Positions 19,389-30,002 of a DNA stretch of 64,000 bases are shown piece by piece (the first letter of the stretch is position 1; each line of letters opens with the position of its first letter). This stretch comes from Planctomycetota bacterium (GTDB lineage Bacteria; Planctomycetota; B15-G4; JADJEK01). Under the pieces are notes generated by a model, which was not told where the DNA came from, made no database searches, and saw nothing but the letters and a program-made list of their open reading frames with translations. The position numbers and the translations under genes were made by a program. The stretch covers positions 1-64,000 of the forward strand of contig JBGAIQ010000001.1 of assembly GCA_044225365.1 (NCBI GenBank). The letters are read 5' to 3'.

Positions 19389-20456
19389 TTAGAGTCCCGC
19401 GACGACGCCGCCGGTGAGGAGCAGATTGAGGAGCGCGAGCGGCAGCATCACCTTCCAACCCAGGGTCATGAGCTGGTCGTACCGGAATCGCGGCAACGTC
19501 CATCGGACCTGGATGAAGAGGAAGAGGAAGACGCCGACCTTCGCCATGAAGATGAGCAGGCCGAGGATCACGTAGAGGATCGTGCCGGGTGCGGCGAGGA
19601 GCTGCATTCCGGGGAGGTGCCAGCCGCCGAGGAACAGGATCACCGTGAGGCACGAGATTCCGAGCATGCCCGTGTATTCACCCATGAAGAACAGGGCGAA
19701 CTTCGTCGCCGAGTACTCCGTGTGATACCCGCCGACCAGTTCCGATTCGGCTTCGGGGAGGTCGAACGGCGTGCGGTTCGTCTCGGCGAATCCTGCGATG
19801 AGGAACAGGATGAACGCGAGCGGCTGCGCGAAGACGTTCCATCCGCGCCAGTTGCCGGTCACCGAGTCGAAGCCGATGAACTGCGTCTGCTGCTCGATCA
19901 TGTCCTGGAGGTTCAGCGTTCCCGCGACGCAGACGACGGCGAGTGCCGAGAGTCCGAGCGCGAGCTCGTACGACACCATCTGCGCCGAGCTGCGAAGGCC
20001 GCCGAGCAGCGAGTACTTGCTATTGCTCGACCAGCCGCCGATCGCGATGCCGTAGACCGTGAGCGAGGAGAGAGCGAAGGCGAGCAGCAGACCGACCGGC
20101 GAGTTGATGATCTGGGGATCGATCACGACGCCGTCGCGCAGCGGGATCCGCGGCGCGAATGGGATGTTCGCCATCACGAGGAAAGGTGGGATCGCCGTGA
20201 GCGCGGGCGCGAGCCAGAACAGGAGCTTGTTCGCGCCCGCCGGGACGAAGTCCTCCTTGCCGAGGAACTTCACGAGGTCGGCAAGCGGCTGGAAGAGGCC
20301 GAGCGGACCGACGCGATTCGGCCCGATCCGGAGCTGGATCCACGCCGAGATCCGGCGCTCCAGGATGACCATGATCGGGACGATATGGACGGCGAGCAGG
20401 AAGATCAGGAGCGCCTTGACGAGCGTGGCGACGATGACGAGTTGATTGTCGCTCAA
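19389..20456 (-). CDS. nuoH: NADH-quinone oxidoreductase subunit H
   Basis: RIGPNRVGPLGLFQPLAD, AETNRTPFDLPEAESELVGGYHTEY, PRFRYDQLM. Confidence 0.97.
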   Translation of the reverse strand: MSDNQLVIVATLVKALLIFLLAVHIVPIMVILERRISAWIQLRIGPNRVGPLGLFQPLADLVKFLGKEDFVPAGANKLLFWLAPALTAIPPFLVMANIPFAPRIPLRDGVVIDPQIINSPVGLLLAFALSSLTVYGIAIGGWSSNSKYSLLGGLRSSAQMVSYELALGLSALAVVCVAGTLNLQDMIEQQTQFIGFDSVTGNWRGWNVFAQPLAFILFLIAGFAETNRTPFDLPEAESELVGGYHTEYSATKFALFFMGEYTGMLGISCLTVILFLGGWHLPGMQLLAAPGTILYVILGLLIFMAKVGVFLFLFIQVRWTLPRFRYDQLMTLGWKVMLPLALLNLLLTGGVVAGL

Positions 20457-22000
20457 GAGTGCGTCTCCGCCTTCGATCCGAGCGTGCGCCCATCCGCGGG
20501 GAGTGCGGCGAGCGTGAGGTTCCCCGGACCGAGCGCGTCGGTCCAGGCCATGAATGCGTCGGAGGAGTTGCTCGGTAGTTCGACACCGAGTTCCTGACCG
20601 AGCGCGTAGAGCGACTTGAAGTCACCCGGAACGCTCTGCGGGGCCTTCAGGCCCGCCCGCACGCGTTGCGTGATTCCCGTGCAGTTGGTCGCCGTGCCGT
20701 CCTTCTCGCCGAACGTGTGGCCGGGGAGGACGATGGTCGCCTTCGACGCGAGGTGCGAGTTCACTCCGACGACCGCGAGGAACGGCGCGTCGAGCGAGGT
20801 GACGGCGTCGTCGCAGCAGAGGACGACCGCGGCGCCCTTCGCGGCCTGCGCGAGGTCGCGAATCGGCGTGAATCCGAGGGCCTTCAAACCCGAGAGATTG
20901 GCGGCCGCGACACCCGTCTTCAGGATGCCGTCGCCGCCCGTGTCCTCGACTTCGCTATGGACGAGCTTCGCGACACCGGACGAGACGGCGGCGTCGAACG
21001 CACGCTTCAGGAGCCAGGCCTCCTCGTTGGTCGCGTCGGTCGACGCGACGACGAGTACCGTCTTGCGATCCTTCACTGCGGCTTCGATGGCCGCGGCGAG
21101 CGCTTCGATTGCGCGCTCGAACGGAGCGTCTTCACCGCGCAGCTTGACGGTGGTGAGGCGCTCGGTCGGGTGATAACGATCGAGCAGGCCGAAGCGGCCC
21201 GTGTCGCAGATGAAGTAGCCGTTGACCTGCTTGTTGGTCCGCGGCCGAACGCGATTCAATTCGTTCGCGCGCACGTCGAGCGTGATCGAGCAGCCGCGCG
21301 AGCACGAGGGACAGACCGTGTCGAAACCTTTCAGGTACCACACGCGGTTCTTGAAGCGGAAGTCGGTGAGTGTGAGCGCGCCGACGGGACAGATGTCCGC
21401 GAGGTTGCCCTGGTACTCCGAGCTGACCGGCTGATTCGGGAAGATGTCGATCACCGACTTCTCACCGCGCGCCGTGACCACGAGCTCGGGCTTCTTCGCG
21501 TACGAATCGAGGAAGCGCACGCAGCGGGTGCAGAGGATGCATCGCTCCTGGTCGAGGAGGACGTGCTCCGCGATCGGCTTACGCTTCTCGAGCTTGCGAC
21601 GGGGGAAATCGTTGCGACCCGCAGCCGCGCCGTACTCGTAGGTGTAGTCCTGGAGCCAGCACTCGCCCGCCTTGTCGCAGATCGGACAGTCGAGCGGGTG
21701 ATTGAGAAGCAGTCCCTCGAGGTTTCCGGCGCGCGCACGCGAGATCGCGGGGCCTTCGGTCTCGACGACCATGCCCTCGGCGCACTGCGTGTTGCAGGCC
21801 GTGACGAGACGCTTCGGTCCCATCCCCTGCGGGCCGGGCTGAGCGACCTCGACCTGGCAGATGCGACAGCTCGCAACCACTGGCAGCGCGGGATGCCAGC
21901 AATAGTGGGGGATGTTCTGCCCATTCCCGAACGCGACCTCGATGATCGTCTGTCCGGGAGTGAACTCGACGTCCTTGCCATTCACTCGAATTTTCGGCAT
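20453..22000 (-). CDS. nuoG: NADH-quinone oxidoreductase subunit G (short, ~515 aa)
   Basis: Fe-S motifs YCWH..ASCRIC, NHPLDCPICDKAGEC, CILCTRC..CPVGAL, CPSCSRGC..ICDTGR. Confidence 0.93.
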   Translation of the reverse strand: MPKIRVNGKDVEFTPGQTIIEVAFGNGQNIPHYCWHPALPVVASCRICQVEVAQPGPQGMGPKRLVTACNTQCAEGMVVETEGPAISRARAGNLEGLLLNHPLDCPICDKAGECWLQDYTYEYGAAAGRNDFPRRKLEKRKPIAEHVLLDQERCILCTRCVRFLDSYAKKPELVVTARGEKSVIDIFPNQPVSSEYQGNLADICPVGALTLTDFRFKNRVWYLKGFDTVCPSCSRGCSITLDVRANELNRVRPRTNKQVNGYFICDTGRFGLLDRYHPTERLTTVKLRGEDAPFERAIEALAAAIEAAVKDRKTVLVVASTDATNEEAWLLKRAFDAAVSSGVAKLVHSEVEDTGGDGILKTGVAAANLSGLKALGFTPIRDLAQAAKGAAVVLCCDDAVTSLDAPFLAVVGVNSHLASKATIVLPGHTFGEKDGTATNCTGITQRVRAGLKAPQSVPGDFKSLYALGQELGVELPSNSSDAFMAWTDALGPGNLTLAALPADGRTLGSKAETHS

Positions 22001-22052
22001 CGGAAACGGTCCTCGTGATTCGATCGATCGCCGGAAACGGTCTCGGTTCTCT

Positions 22053-22151
22053 GGGCAAGACGGGCGCACAGGCGTGCGCCCCTACGGGCAAGACGGATGC
22101 ACAGTCGTGCGCCCCTACGGGCAAGATGGGCGCACAGCGTTGCGCCCGAAC
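22053..22151. repeat. Three tandem 33-bp GTAG-type REP units
   Basis: GGGCAAGACGGGCGCACAGGCGTGCGCCCCTAC (22053-22085) with variants at 22086-22118 and 22119-22151. Each carries the palindrome GGGCGCAC-N4-GTGCGCCC; units 1 and 2 end in CTAC (GTAG on the minus strand). Confidence 0.88.
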
Positions 22152-22160
22152 CGTGTGCCG

Positions 22161-23976
<1,816 letters not shown>

Positions 23977-23993
<17 letters not shown>

Positions 23994-24360
23994 GGACACC
24001 CTTTCGCCAGGCGTAGCCCAGGCCAAGTCCGAGGATGGCCACGAAAACGATGGCTTCGAGGAAGCCGGCCCATCCGAGATCCTGCAGCGCGACGGCCCAC
24101 GGGAACAGGAAGACGGCTTCGATGTCGAACAGGATGAAGAGGACGGCGACGAGATAGAAGTGGACCGAGAAGCGCTGCTTCGCCGTGCCTTCGGGGTCGA
24201 CACCGCACTCGTAGGCCACTTCCTTCGTCTTGCTGGTCGAGCTCTTCGCGATCACCCGCGGCAGCACCATCAGCACGGTGATCATGCCGAAGACGAGCAC
24301 GAGGTAGACCGGGAAGGCGCCGAAGTTTGCGACTGCGTTGATTTGTTCGAGGAGGAGCAT
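23977..24360 (-). CDS. nuoA: NADH-quinone oxidoreductase subunit A
   Basis: YECGVDP, RFSVHFYLVAVLFILFDIEAVFLFPWA, YAWRKGVLDW. Confidence 0.96.
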
Positions 24361-24423
24361 CTGCTACCGGGGGTAGTGTCCAGGTCAACGGGGAGACGGA
24401 AGTACTCGAATCGACGCGCGCCT

Positions 24424-24573
24424 TTCCAATCCGGATGGATCGAGAGGATCGGTTCCGGATCGGAAGAGGGATGACTTCGCGCCTCGTGCTGCCGCGATCG
24501 ACGGACCGCGAAACCGCTGCGAGGCGTGTCACCGCCCAGTCCTTCCGCATCGCATTTCCGGAAGAACCCGAGC
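24424..24573 (-). promoter_or_regulatory. Structured leader RNA or ncRNA (three hairpins) upstream of nuoA
   Basis: Stems at 24534-24573, 24480-24526 and 24424-24465. Plus-strand C.A mismatches become G.U pairs on the minus strand; starts at the predicted TSS. Confidence 0.5.
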
Positions 24574-24578
24574 CTGGC

Positions 24579-24607
24579 GTTATATCGACCCCAAGAACAG
24601 GGGTCAA
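24579..24607 (-). promoter_or_regulatory. sigma70 promoter of the nuo region with overlapping palindromic operator
   Basis: Minus strand TTGACC-N17-TATAAC; palindrome GACCCC-N7-GGGGTC at 24587-24605. Confidence 0.75.
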
Positions 24608-24670
24608 ATCAGAAGGGAATCAGCATTGCGGATGGTGCAGATGGGACGCCGAAGGACGCGAAGATGCGGG

Positions 24671-25591
24671 TCAGGAACCGCCGCCATCCTTCTTCGATGA
24701 GTCGGGCGGAGAGTCGGGGTTCGCACCCGATTCCTCGGTGTCCGGCGGCGTGGGTTTCGCGTCGTCCTTCGCGTCCGCTCCCGGTGGATCCGTCGTCGTC
24801 TTCTCCTTGCCCGTCACTTTGTCGGTCAAGGCGCCGTTCGGCTTCTTGTTCGCCGACTTGTTCTCGCTCCCGTCGCGATTCAGCCCATGTTCGAAGTCGG
24901 GACGGAACGCGCGCGGACCGCGCTCGAAGAAGTTGGAGTCGCGCGGCAGCACGCCCGCGATTTGATCGAGACGCATGAAGGGCAGGAGCTGGATGTGACT
25001 GCCGAACATCGAACCGAAGAAGGTGTCGCTGTCGATCGTGGCGAGCGTGCCGTTGAGGATGCCGACGATCTCGTAGACGCCCTTGCGCTTGGCGTACACG
25101 CCGGCGCCAGCGAATCGCGCCGCGACTCGCTCGCGGTCCACGTTCCAGGTGTCGACCGCGAGCAGGTCGCCCATCTCCCCGTCGCGATACCAATGGCATT
25201 CGATCACGTAGGGAAGGCGTTCGAAATCCTGGTCCTGGATCAACTGGATGAAGAGCGTCTCGCCGGGCTCGATGTCGTCGGACGCGAACGTCGACAAAGT
25301 GAATTTGGCCGTTTCGGGTCGCAACAGCGTGAGATCGCGGTCGTGCTGCACGATCTGGAGGTCATCGCGGATCTCGCGCCCCTTCCAGTATTGAACCGCC
25401 GGGACCTTCCCGGTGAGATCGTCCCCGCCGAGCGCGACGATTCCGTCTTCGGTGGAGAGCGCGTAGCGAGCGGAGCCCGGCAGATCGAGCACGACGAGGT
25501 CGTTCGGGGTCGGCGTGTGACAACCGACGGCGACGAGGCCGACGAGGCCATGGAGCAGTGCGATGCCGCCGACACGTGTCGTGGGGTTCAT
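24671..25591 (-). CDS. Hypothetical lipoprotein with acidic/Pro-rich C-terminal tail
   Basis: Signal peptide ending VAVGC; protein-like composition; alternative start at 25618. Confidence 0.72.
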   Translation of the reverse strand: MNPTTRVGGIALLHGLVGLVAVGCHTPTPNDLVVLDLPGSARYALSTEDGIVALGGDDLTGKVPAVQYWKGREIRDDLQIVQHDRDLTLLRPETAKFTLSTFASDDIEPGETLFIQLIQDQDFERLPYVIECHWYRDGEMGDLLAVDTWNVDRERVAARFAGAGVYAKRKGVYEIVGILNGTLATIDSDTFFGSMFGSHIQLLPFMRLDQIAGVLPRDSNFFERGPRAFRPDFEHGLNRDGSENKSANKKPNGALTDKVTGKEKTTTDPPGADAKDDAKPTPPDTEESGANPDSPPDSSKKDGGGS

Positions 25592-25835
25592 CGCGAATCG
25601 GAGCAGGGCGCCGCGCATCGAATTCCTCGGTTCATCCGTTGGAGGGGAACCACCGTCGACGGTTCGATCGAAGACGACCGTAGAGGCGGGGTAGGGCGGC
25701 GTCAACGATACCGGGCGCCCGTTACGCCGCGTTACCGAGTTGCGGCGCGAATCCCATTTCGCTTTTTCGGAAATAACCGCGAACGAACCACAGTCCGCTC
25801 GCACTTACTGCCACGGAATGTGCGTGGCGGTCGCG

Positions 25836-26450
25836 ATGCGAGTGAGTATCGCGGCGGGTCGCGAGGCATCGACCGGAGCCAAGTCCTTGGATCGTGAGCC
25901 GGAAGATCCCGAAGCGACGCTCGAAGCGCGCCTGCTCGATGCCGCCCGCCGTGGCGATCGCGACGCGTTCGCCGCGTTGATCGACCGCCATTACGAAGCG
26001 GTTCGTGCGTTCCTGTACCGCCTCGGCGTTCGGGGCGGGGACATCGATGACGCCACTCAAGAGGTCTTCCTCGCCGTGATCCGTTCGCTCGAAGACTTCA
26101 AACAGCAGTCGCGATTCCGAACCTGGACGTTCGGAGTGGGGGTCAACGTCGCGCGCAAGTTCACACGGCGTAATCTGGCGAGTTCCCTCGTCACGGCGGA
26201 CGAGAGCGGCGTCGATTCCGATCCGGCGCGGAGCATCACCGCGAGCGAGGTCGGTGAACTCGTTCGGAAGCAACTACTGCTCTTGCCCGAGCCGCTGCGC
26301 GAAGCGTTCGTGCTGCGCCACGTCGAGGGCCTCTCCGCCGTAGCCGCCGCCGCGGCGCTCGGCATTCCGGAAGGAACCCTTCGTCGCCACGCGTTCGAAG
26401 CGCGCGAGCGTCTGCGGACCCTTTGTTCTGCGCTCGAGGCAATGCAATGA
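25836..26450 (+). CDS. ECF RNA polymerase sigma factor
   Basis: AARRGDRDAFAALI, DDATQEVFL, SRFRTW, LPEPLREAFVLRHVEGLS...LGIPEGT. Start uncertain. Confidence 0.9.
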   Translation: MRVSIAAGREASTGAKSLDREPEDPEATLEARLLDAARRGDRDAFAALIDRHYEAVRAFLYRLGVRGGDIDDATQEVFLAVIRSLEDFKQQSRFRTWTFGVGVNVARKFTRRNLASSLVTADESGVDSDPARSITASEVGELVRKQLLLLPEPLREAFVLRHVEGLSAVAAAAALGIPEGTLRRHAFEARERLRTLCSALEAMQ

Positions 26451-27025
26451 ACGACGAACCGATCGACGACGATGTCGAGGAGCCGCTCGCCCGCGCTCTG
26501 CGTGCGGTCGCGCCTCCGCCGGCCCGCAGCGATGCGCGACGGGCATTGCTCGCCGAGTTCGAGCGGTCGATGGCCTCGCGGCGCGCGCCGACTCGCCGGT
26601 TGCAGCCGCTTCAGCTCGTTGGGCTCGTCGCCGCGGCCGCCGGTCTCGTGCTCGCGGCCCTCCTGCTCCTCCGATCGACGGGGCCAGTGGGATCGACGGA
26701 AACGCGAGAGGCGGTCGCCGAGCGTGAGTTCGCGAATCTGCAGTCGCGTCTCGATCGCATCGCCGAGTCGATCGCTCGCATCGAACGTCCCGCGGTCACG
26801 GCGCTGCGTAGCGAGGAAGGCAAGCGTCTCGAAGCCGCGCTCGATGTCTCGGGTCGCGACCCCGGTCTCCTGCGCCTCGTCGCGGCGAGTCGGATCGAAC
26901 AAGCCGACCGGGCCGAAGCGGAGAATCGCTATCGCGCGCTGATCCACGACTACGCGAACAGCCCAGCCTCCGAAGTCGCCGCCGAACGGCTCGCGCGGCT
27001 CGCGGGAAGCGAGAACGCGCGGTAG
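26447..27025 (+). CDS. Putative anti-sigma factor (single TM, coiled coil, C-terminal TPR-like motif)
   Basis: ATGA overlap with the sigma gene; TM LVGLVAAAAGLVLAALLLL; YRALIHDYANSPASEVAAERL. Confidence 0.72.
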   Translation: MNDEPIDDDVEEPLARALRAVAPPPARSDARRALLAEFERSMASRRAPTRRLQPLQLVGLVAAAAGLVLAALLLLRSTGPVGSTETREAVAEREFANLQSRLDRIAESIARIERPAVTALRSEEGKRLEAALDVSGRDPGLLRLVAASRIEQADRAEAENRYRALIHDYANSPASEVAAERLARLAGSENAR

Positions 27026-27085
27026 CGCGTTCCTACGAGATTGTCGAATCATCCCCGTCCGAATCCTCACGAAAGGAAGTTCGTC

Positions 27086-28186
27086 ATGCGTGTTCACCCT
27101 CAGGTCCTCGTCGCCGCGCTCGCCCTCGCCCTCGCGGCTCCGATCGCTGCGCGTCAGGAGCCACGACCCAGCACGTACGCGCGGAACATCGTCCTGCAGG
27201 TCGAGCGCGAGCCCGATTACTCCGCAAGCGATCTCGGTCGACTGCTCGCCGACGACACCTACCTCGGAGCCTTGGCCCCGAACCTGATCACGGTCGCTGG
27301 GCTGAAGGCGTTGCCATCCTCCTACATCCCCGCGGGTGGACTCATCACCCTGGTGACGAACCAAGGCTCGCCGGAGATCCTGACGCTCGCGTTCAGCGGC
27401 CAGGATCAGCGCGCGGTGAACGACGCCGCGGACAAGGTGGTCCATCACCTGCAGTCGCTCGTGCCGACGCGGCGCCGGCAATCACAGGACCAGTACGTGC
27501 GCGCGACGGCCGCGCTCGAGACCGCGAAGACGGAGCGCGACCAAGCGATGAGGGCGGTGAGTAAGTTCAAGCAACAGTACGGCGCCGACATCGACCAGCA
27601 GCTCCGCGATTCGCAGGACCGCCTTCGTCGCAACCGCAACGACCTCTCCGATCTGATGGACAAGCTCTCGCAGATGTCGGCAACGCGGGATTACTTGCGC
27701 AAGGCGGTCGAGGAGGCGGCGAAGACCGCCGCGTCGGACTCGTCCGCGAGCGATCTGACGTCGGTGCGACAGCAACTCGCGACCGCACAGAAGGATCTTC
27801 AGGATCTCAAGACGCGCTACTCGGACGAGCATCCTTCGGTGGTGAAGGCCAAGGCTCAGGTCGAACAGATCGGAAAGCAGATCGAATTGCTGTCGCAGGG
27901 TGCCGGCGCGCCGAGTCGCGGCAATCTCGAAGCGCGACTCTTCGACACGGAGCAGGACGTGTTCGAACTCGAGCGTCGTCGCGATTGGCTCAAGTCGCAG
28001 CTCGAGGCGATGGCGGTCGAGCAGAGCAAACTCATCGAGCTGACCGAACAGGTTCGTGCCCTCAGCGACGCGCAGCAACTCGCGAGCATGCGCTTCGACG
28101 AAGCGCGCAACAGCGTGACGACCCTCGAGCGCGGCCTCGCGAACATGGCCCAGGGACCGTGGATCCACGTGCTCGCCGGCGGGTGA
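27086..28186 (+). CDS. Secreted coiled-coil protein resembling the periplasmic part of Wzc/GumC
   Basis: Signal peptide, long heptad regions, RYSDEHPSVV motif; no second TM and no kinase domain. Confidence 0.7.
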   Translation: MRVHPQVLVAALALALAAPIAARQEPRPSTYARNIVLQVEREPDYSASDLGRLLADDTYLGALAPNLITVAGLKALPSSYIPAGGLITLVTNQGSPEILTLAFSGQDQRAVNDAADKVVHHLQSLVPTRRRQSQDQYVRATAALETAKTERDQAMRAVSKFKQQYGADIDQQLRDSQDRLRRNRNDLSDLMDKLSQMSATRDYLRKAVEEAAKTAASDSSASDLTSVRQQLATAQKDLQDLKTRYSDEHPSVVKAKAQVEQIGKQIELLSQGAGAPSRGNLEARLFDTEQDVFELERRRDWLKSQLEAMAVEQSKLIELTEQVRALSDAQQLASMRFDEARNSVTTLERGLANMAQGPWIHVLAGG

Positions 28187-28354
28187 TCGACGATCGCGAG
28201 CCGCGGCCCGCACGCGCGGACTCCGCGTGCGGGCCGCGTCCTTGCATCCGTTCGCGAATCGTTCGCTCGCATGAAGATTCTCTGGACCTCCGCAACCACG
28301 ACGCCGAAGATCGGTTCAACGACGGGTCCCTCACTCGTGCTCGGAGGCGAATCG

Positions 28355-29965
28355 ATGTCTTTCGCGACGGTGTTCATCGCCCTCCTGTGCGGATTCACGC
28401 CACCTTCCCCCGCGGCCTCGCACGGAGCGACGCGCGACGATCGAGCGCTCGAATCGATCCCTGCGATCGATTCGAAGGACTGGTCGCTCGCCCACGCGAG
28501 GCAGTTGCTCGATCGCGCCGGATTCGGCGGCACTCCGGAGCAGATCGAGAAGCTCTTCGCCCTGGGCCCCGAAGGCGCGGTCGACTGCCTCCTCGACGCC
28601 GCTTCTGGACGCGAGCCGGAGCAGCGGTTCGACGCCGAGATCCTCCGCAAGAAGTTGCGAGAGATGCTGCCGCCCGGCGAGACGCCGAAGGGCGAGGTCG
28701 GGCAGAAACTCCGCCGTCAACTCGTGCTGAAGGACCGCTCCCAGTTCGAGGAGTATCGCGAGTTCTGGATCACGCAGATGGAGACGAGCGCGGATCCGCT
28801 GCGCGAGAAGCTCGCGTTGTTCTGGCACGGCTACTTCACGTCGGCGCAGCGCGAAGTGCGCGACTCCTACTCGATGGCGCGGCAAGTCGAACTCTATCGC
28901 GCGCTCGGACTCTCGTCGTTCCGCGAACTGTTGCAGCGGGCGAGCAAGGAGCCCGCGATGATCGAATACCTGAACAACGATCAGAACAAGAAGCAGTCCC
29001 CGAACGAGAACTTCGCGCGCGAGGTGATGGAGCTCTTCACGATGGGCCCCGGTCACTACACCGAGGACGACATCCACGAGGCCGCGCGCGCCTTCACCGG
29101 CTGGCAGACGCGGGAAGGCGAATTCGTGTTCAGTCGCGGGCGTCACGATTTCGGCAAGAAGCAGTTCCTCGGACGAACGGGCGCCTTCGGCGGCGAGGAG
29201 ATCCTCGACATCCTGCTCGAACAGGATGCGACACCGCGGTTCGTCGCGAAGAAGCTGTTCGAATTCTTCGCCTATCGCGATCCGTCACCGGACGAGATCG
29301 AGCCGCTCGCGCGCCTGCTGCGCGAGCACGACTACGCACTCCGCCCGGCCCTGCGCGCCTTGTTCCTGTCGAAGGCGTTCTACTCGCAGGACGCGGTCGG
29401 AGCATTGTTCAAGAGCCCGGTCGAGTTCTGCGTCTCTACGGTGCGGAGGCTCGACATCGAACCGCCGCCTCCGGGAGTGCTCGTCGAGGCCTGCGCGTTG
29501 CTCGGGCAGGAGCTCCTGAATCCGCCGAACGTGAAGGGATGGGACGGCGGGGAGTCGTGGATCTCGGCCTCGACGCTGCTCATGCGCGCCAACGTCGCCC
29601 GCGCGCTCGTCTTTGGGGATGCCGCATTCGTCGCCCGCGGACGCAAGAACAAGATGGATGGTGAACGGACGAAGGACAACGTCGCGAGCGTGGGCTTCAA
29701 GGTGATGAAGGACCTGCGCGGCTGGCGACCGGCGATCCAAGTCGACAAGTGGATCGGCGACGCGACCGACGCGCACACCGCGGTGACGCGGCTCTGCGAC
29801 CGCTTGCTCGCGATCACGCCCGCACCGTCGACGGTCGACGAGTTCGTGCGCTACGCAGCGCCGTTCGGCGACGAGGCGTTCGATCCGACGCAGCAGGACA
29901 CGCGGGAACTGCTGGTCGAGGTCGTCCACATGATCCTGTGTCTCCCCGAGTATCAGCTGAATTGA
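28355..29965 (+). CDS. DUF1800 domain protein
   Basis: LLDRAGFG, LREKLALFWHGYF, PNENFAREVMELFTMG, ARAFTGW, PPNVKGW. GGAGG RBS. Confidence 0.92.
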   Translation: MSFATVFIALLCGFTPPSPAASHGATRDDRALESIPAIDSKDWSLAHARQLLDRAGFGGTPEQIEKLFALGPEGAVDCLLDAASGREPEQRFDAEILRKKLREMLPPGETPKGEVGQKLRRQLVLKDRSQFEEYREFWITQMETSADPLREKLALFWHGYFTSAQREVRDSYSMARQVELYRALGLSSFRELLQRASKEPAMIEYLNNDQNKKQSPNENFAREVMELFTMGPGHYTEDDIHEAARAFTGWQTREGEFVFSRGRHDFGKKQFLGRTGAFGGEEILDILLEQDATPRFVAKKLFEFFAYRDPSPDEIEPLARLLREHDYALRPALRALFLSKAFYSQDAVGALFKSPVEFCVSTVRRLDIEPPPPGVLVEACALLGQELLNPPNVKGWDGGESWISASTLLMRANVARALVFGDAAFVARGRKNKMDGERTKDNVASVGFKVMKDLRGWRPAIQVDKWIGDATDAHTAVTRLCDRLLAITPAPSTVDEFVRYAAPFGDEAFDPTQQDTRELLVEVVHMILCLPEYQLN

Positions 29966-30002
29966 GCCGCGAGTCGATCGAACCCGAACCAGGTGAACCA
30001 TC

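Noticed and set aside
22053-22151. Mini CRISPR array
   Set aside because: Units are contiguous with no unique spacers and no cas genes; REP structure explains it.
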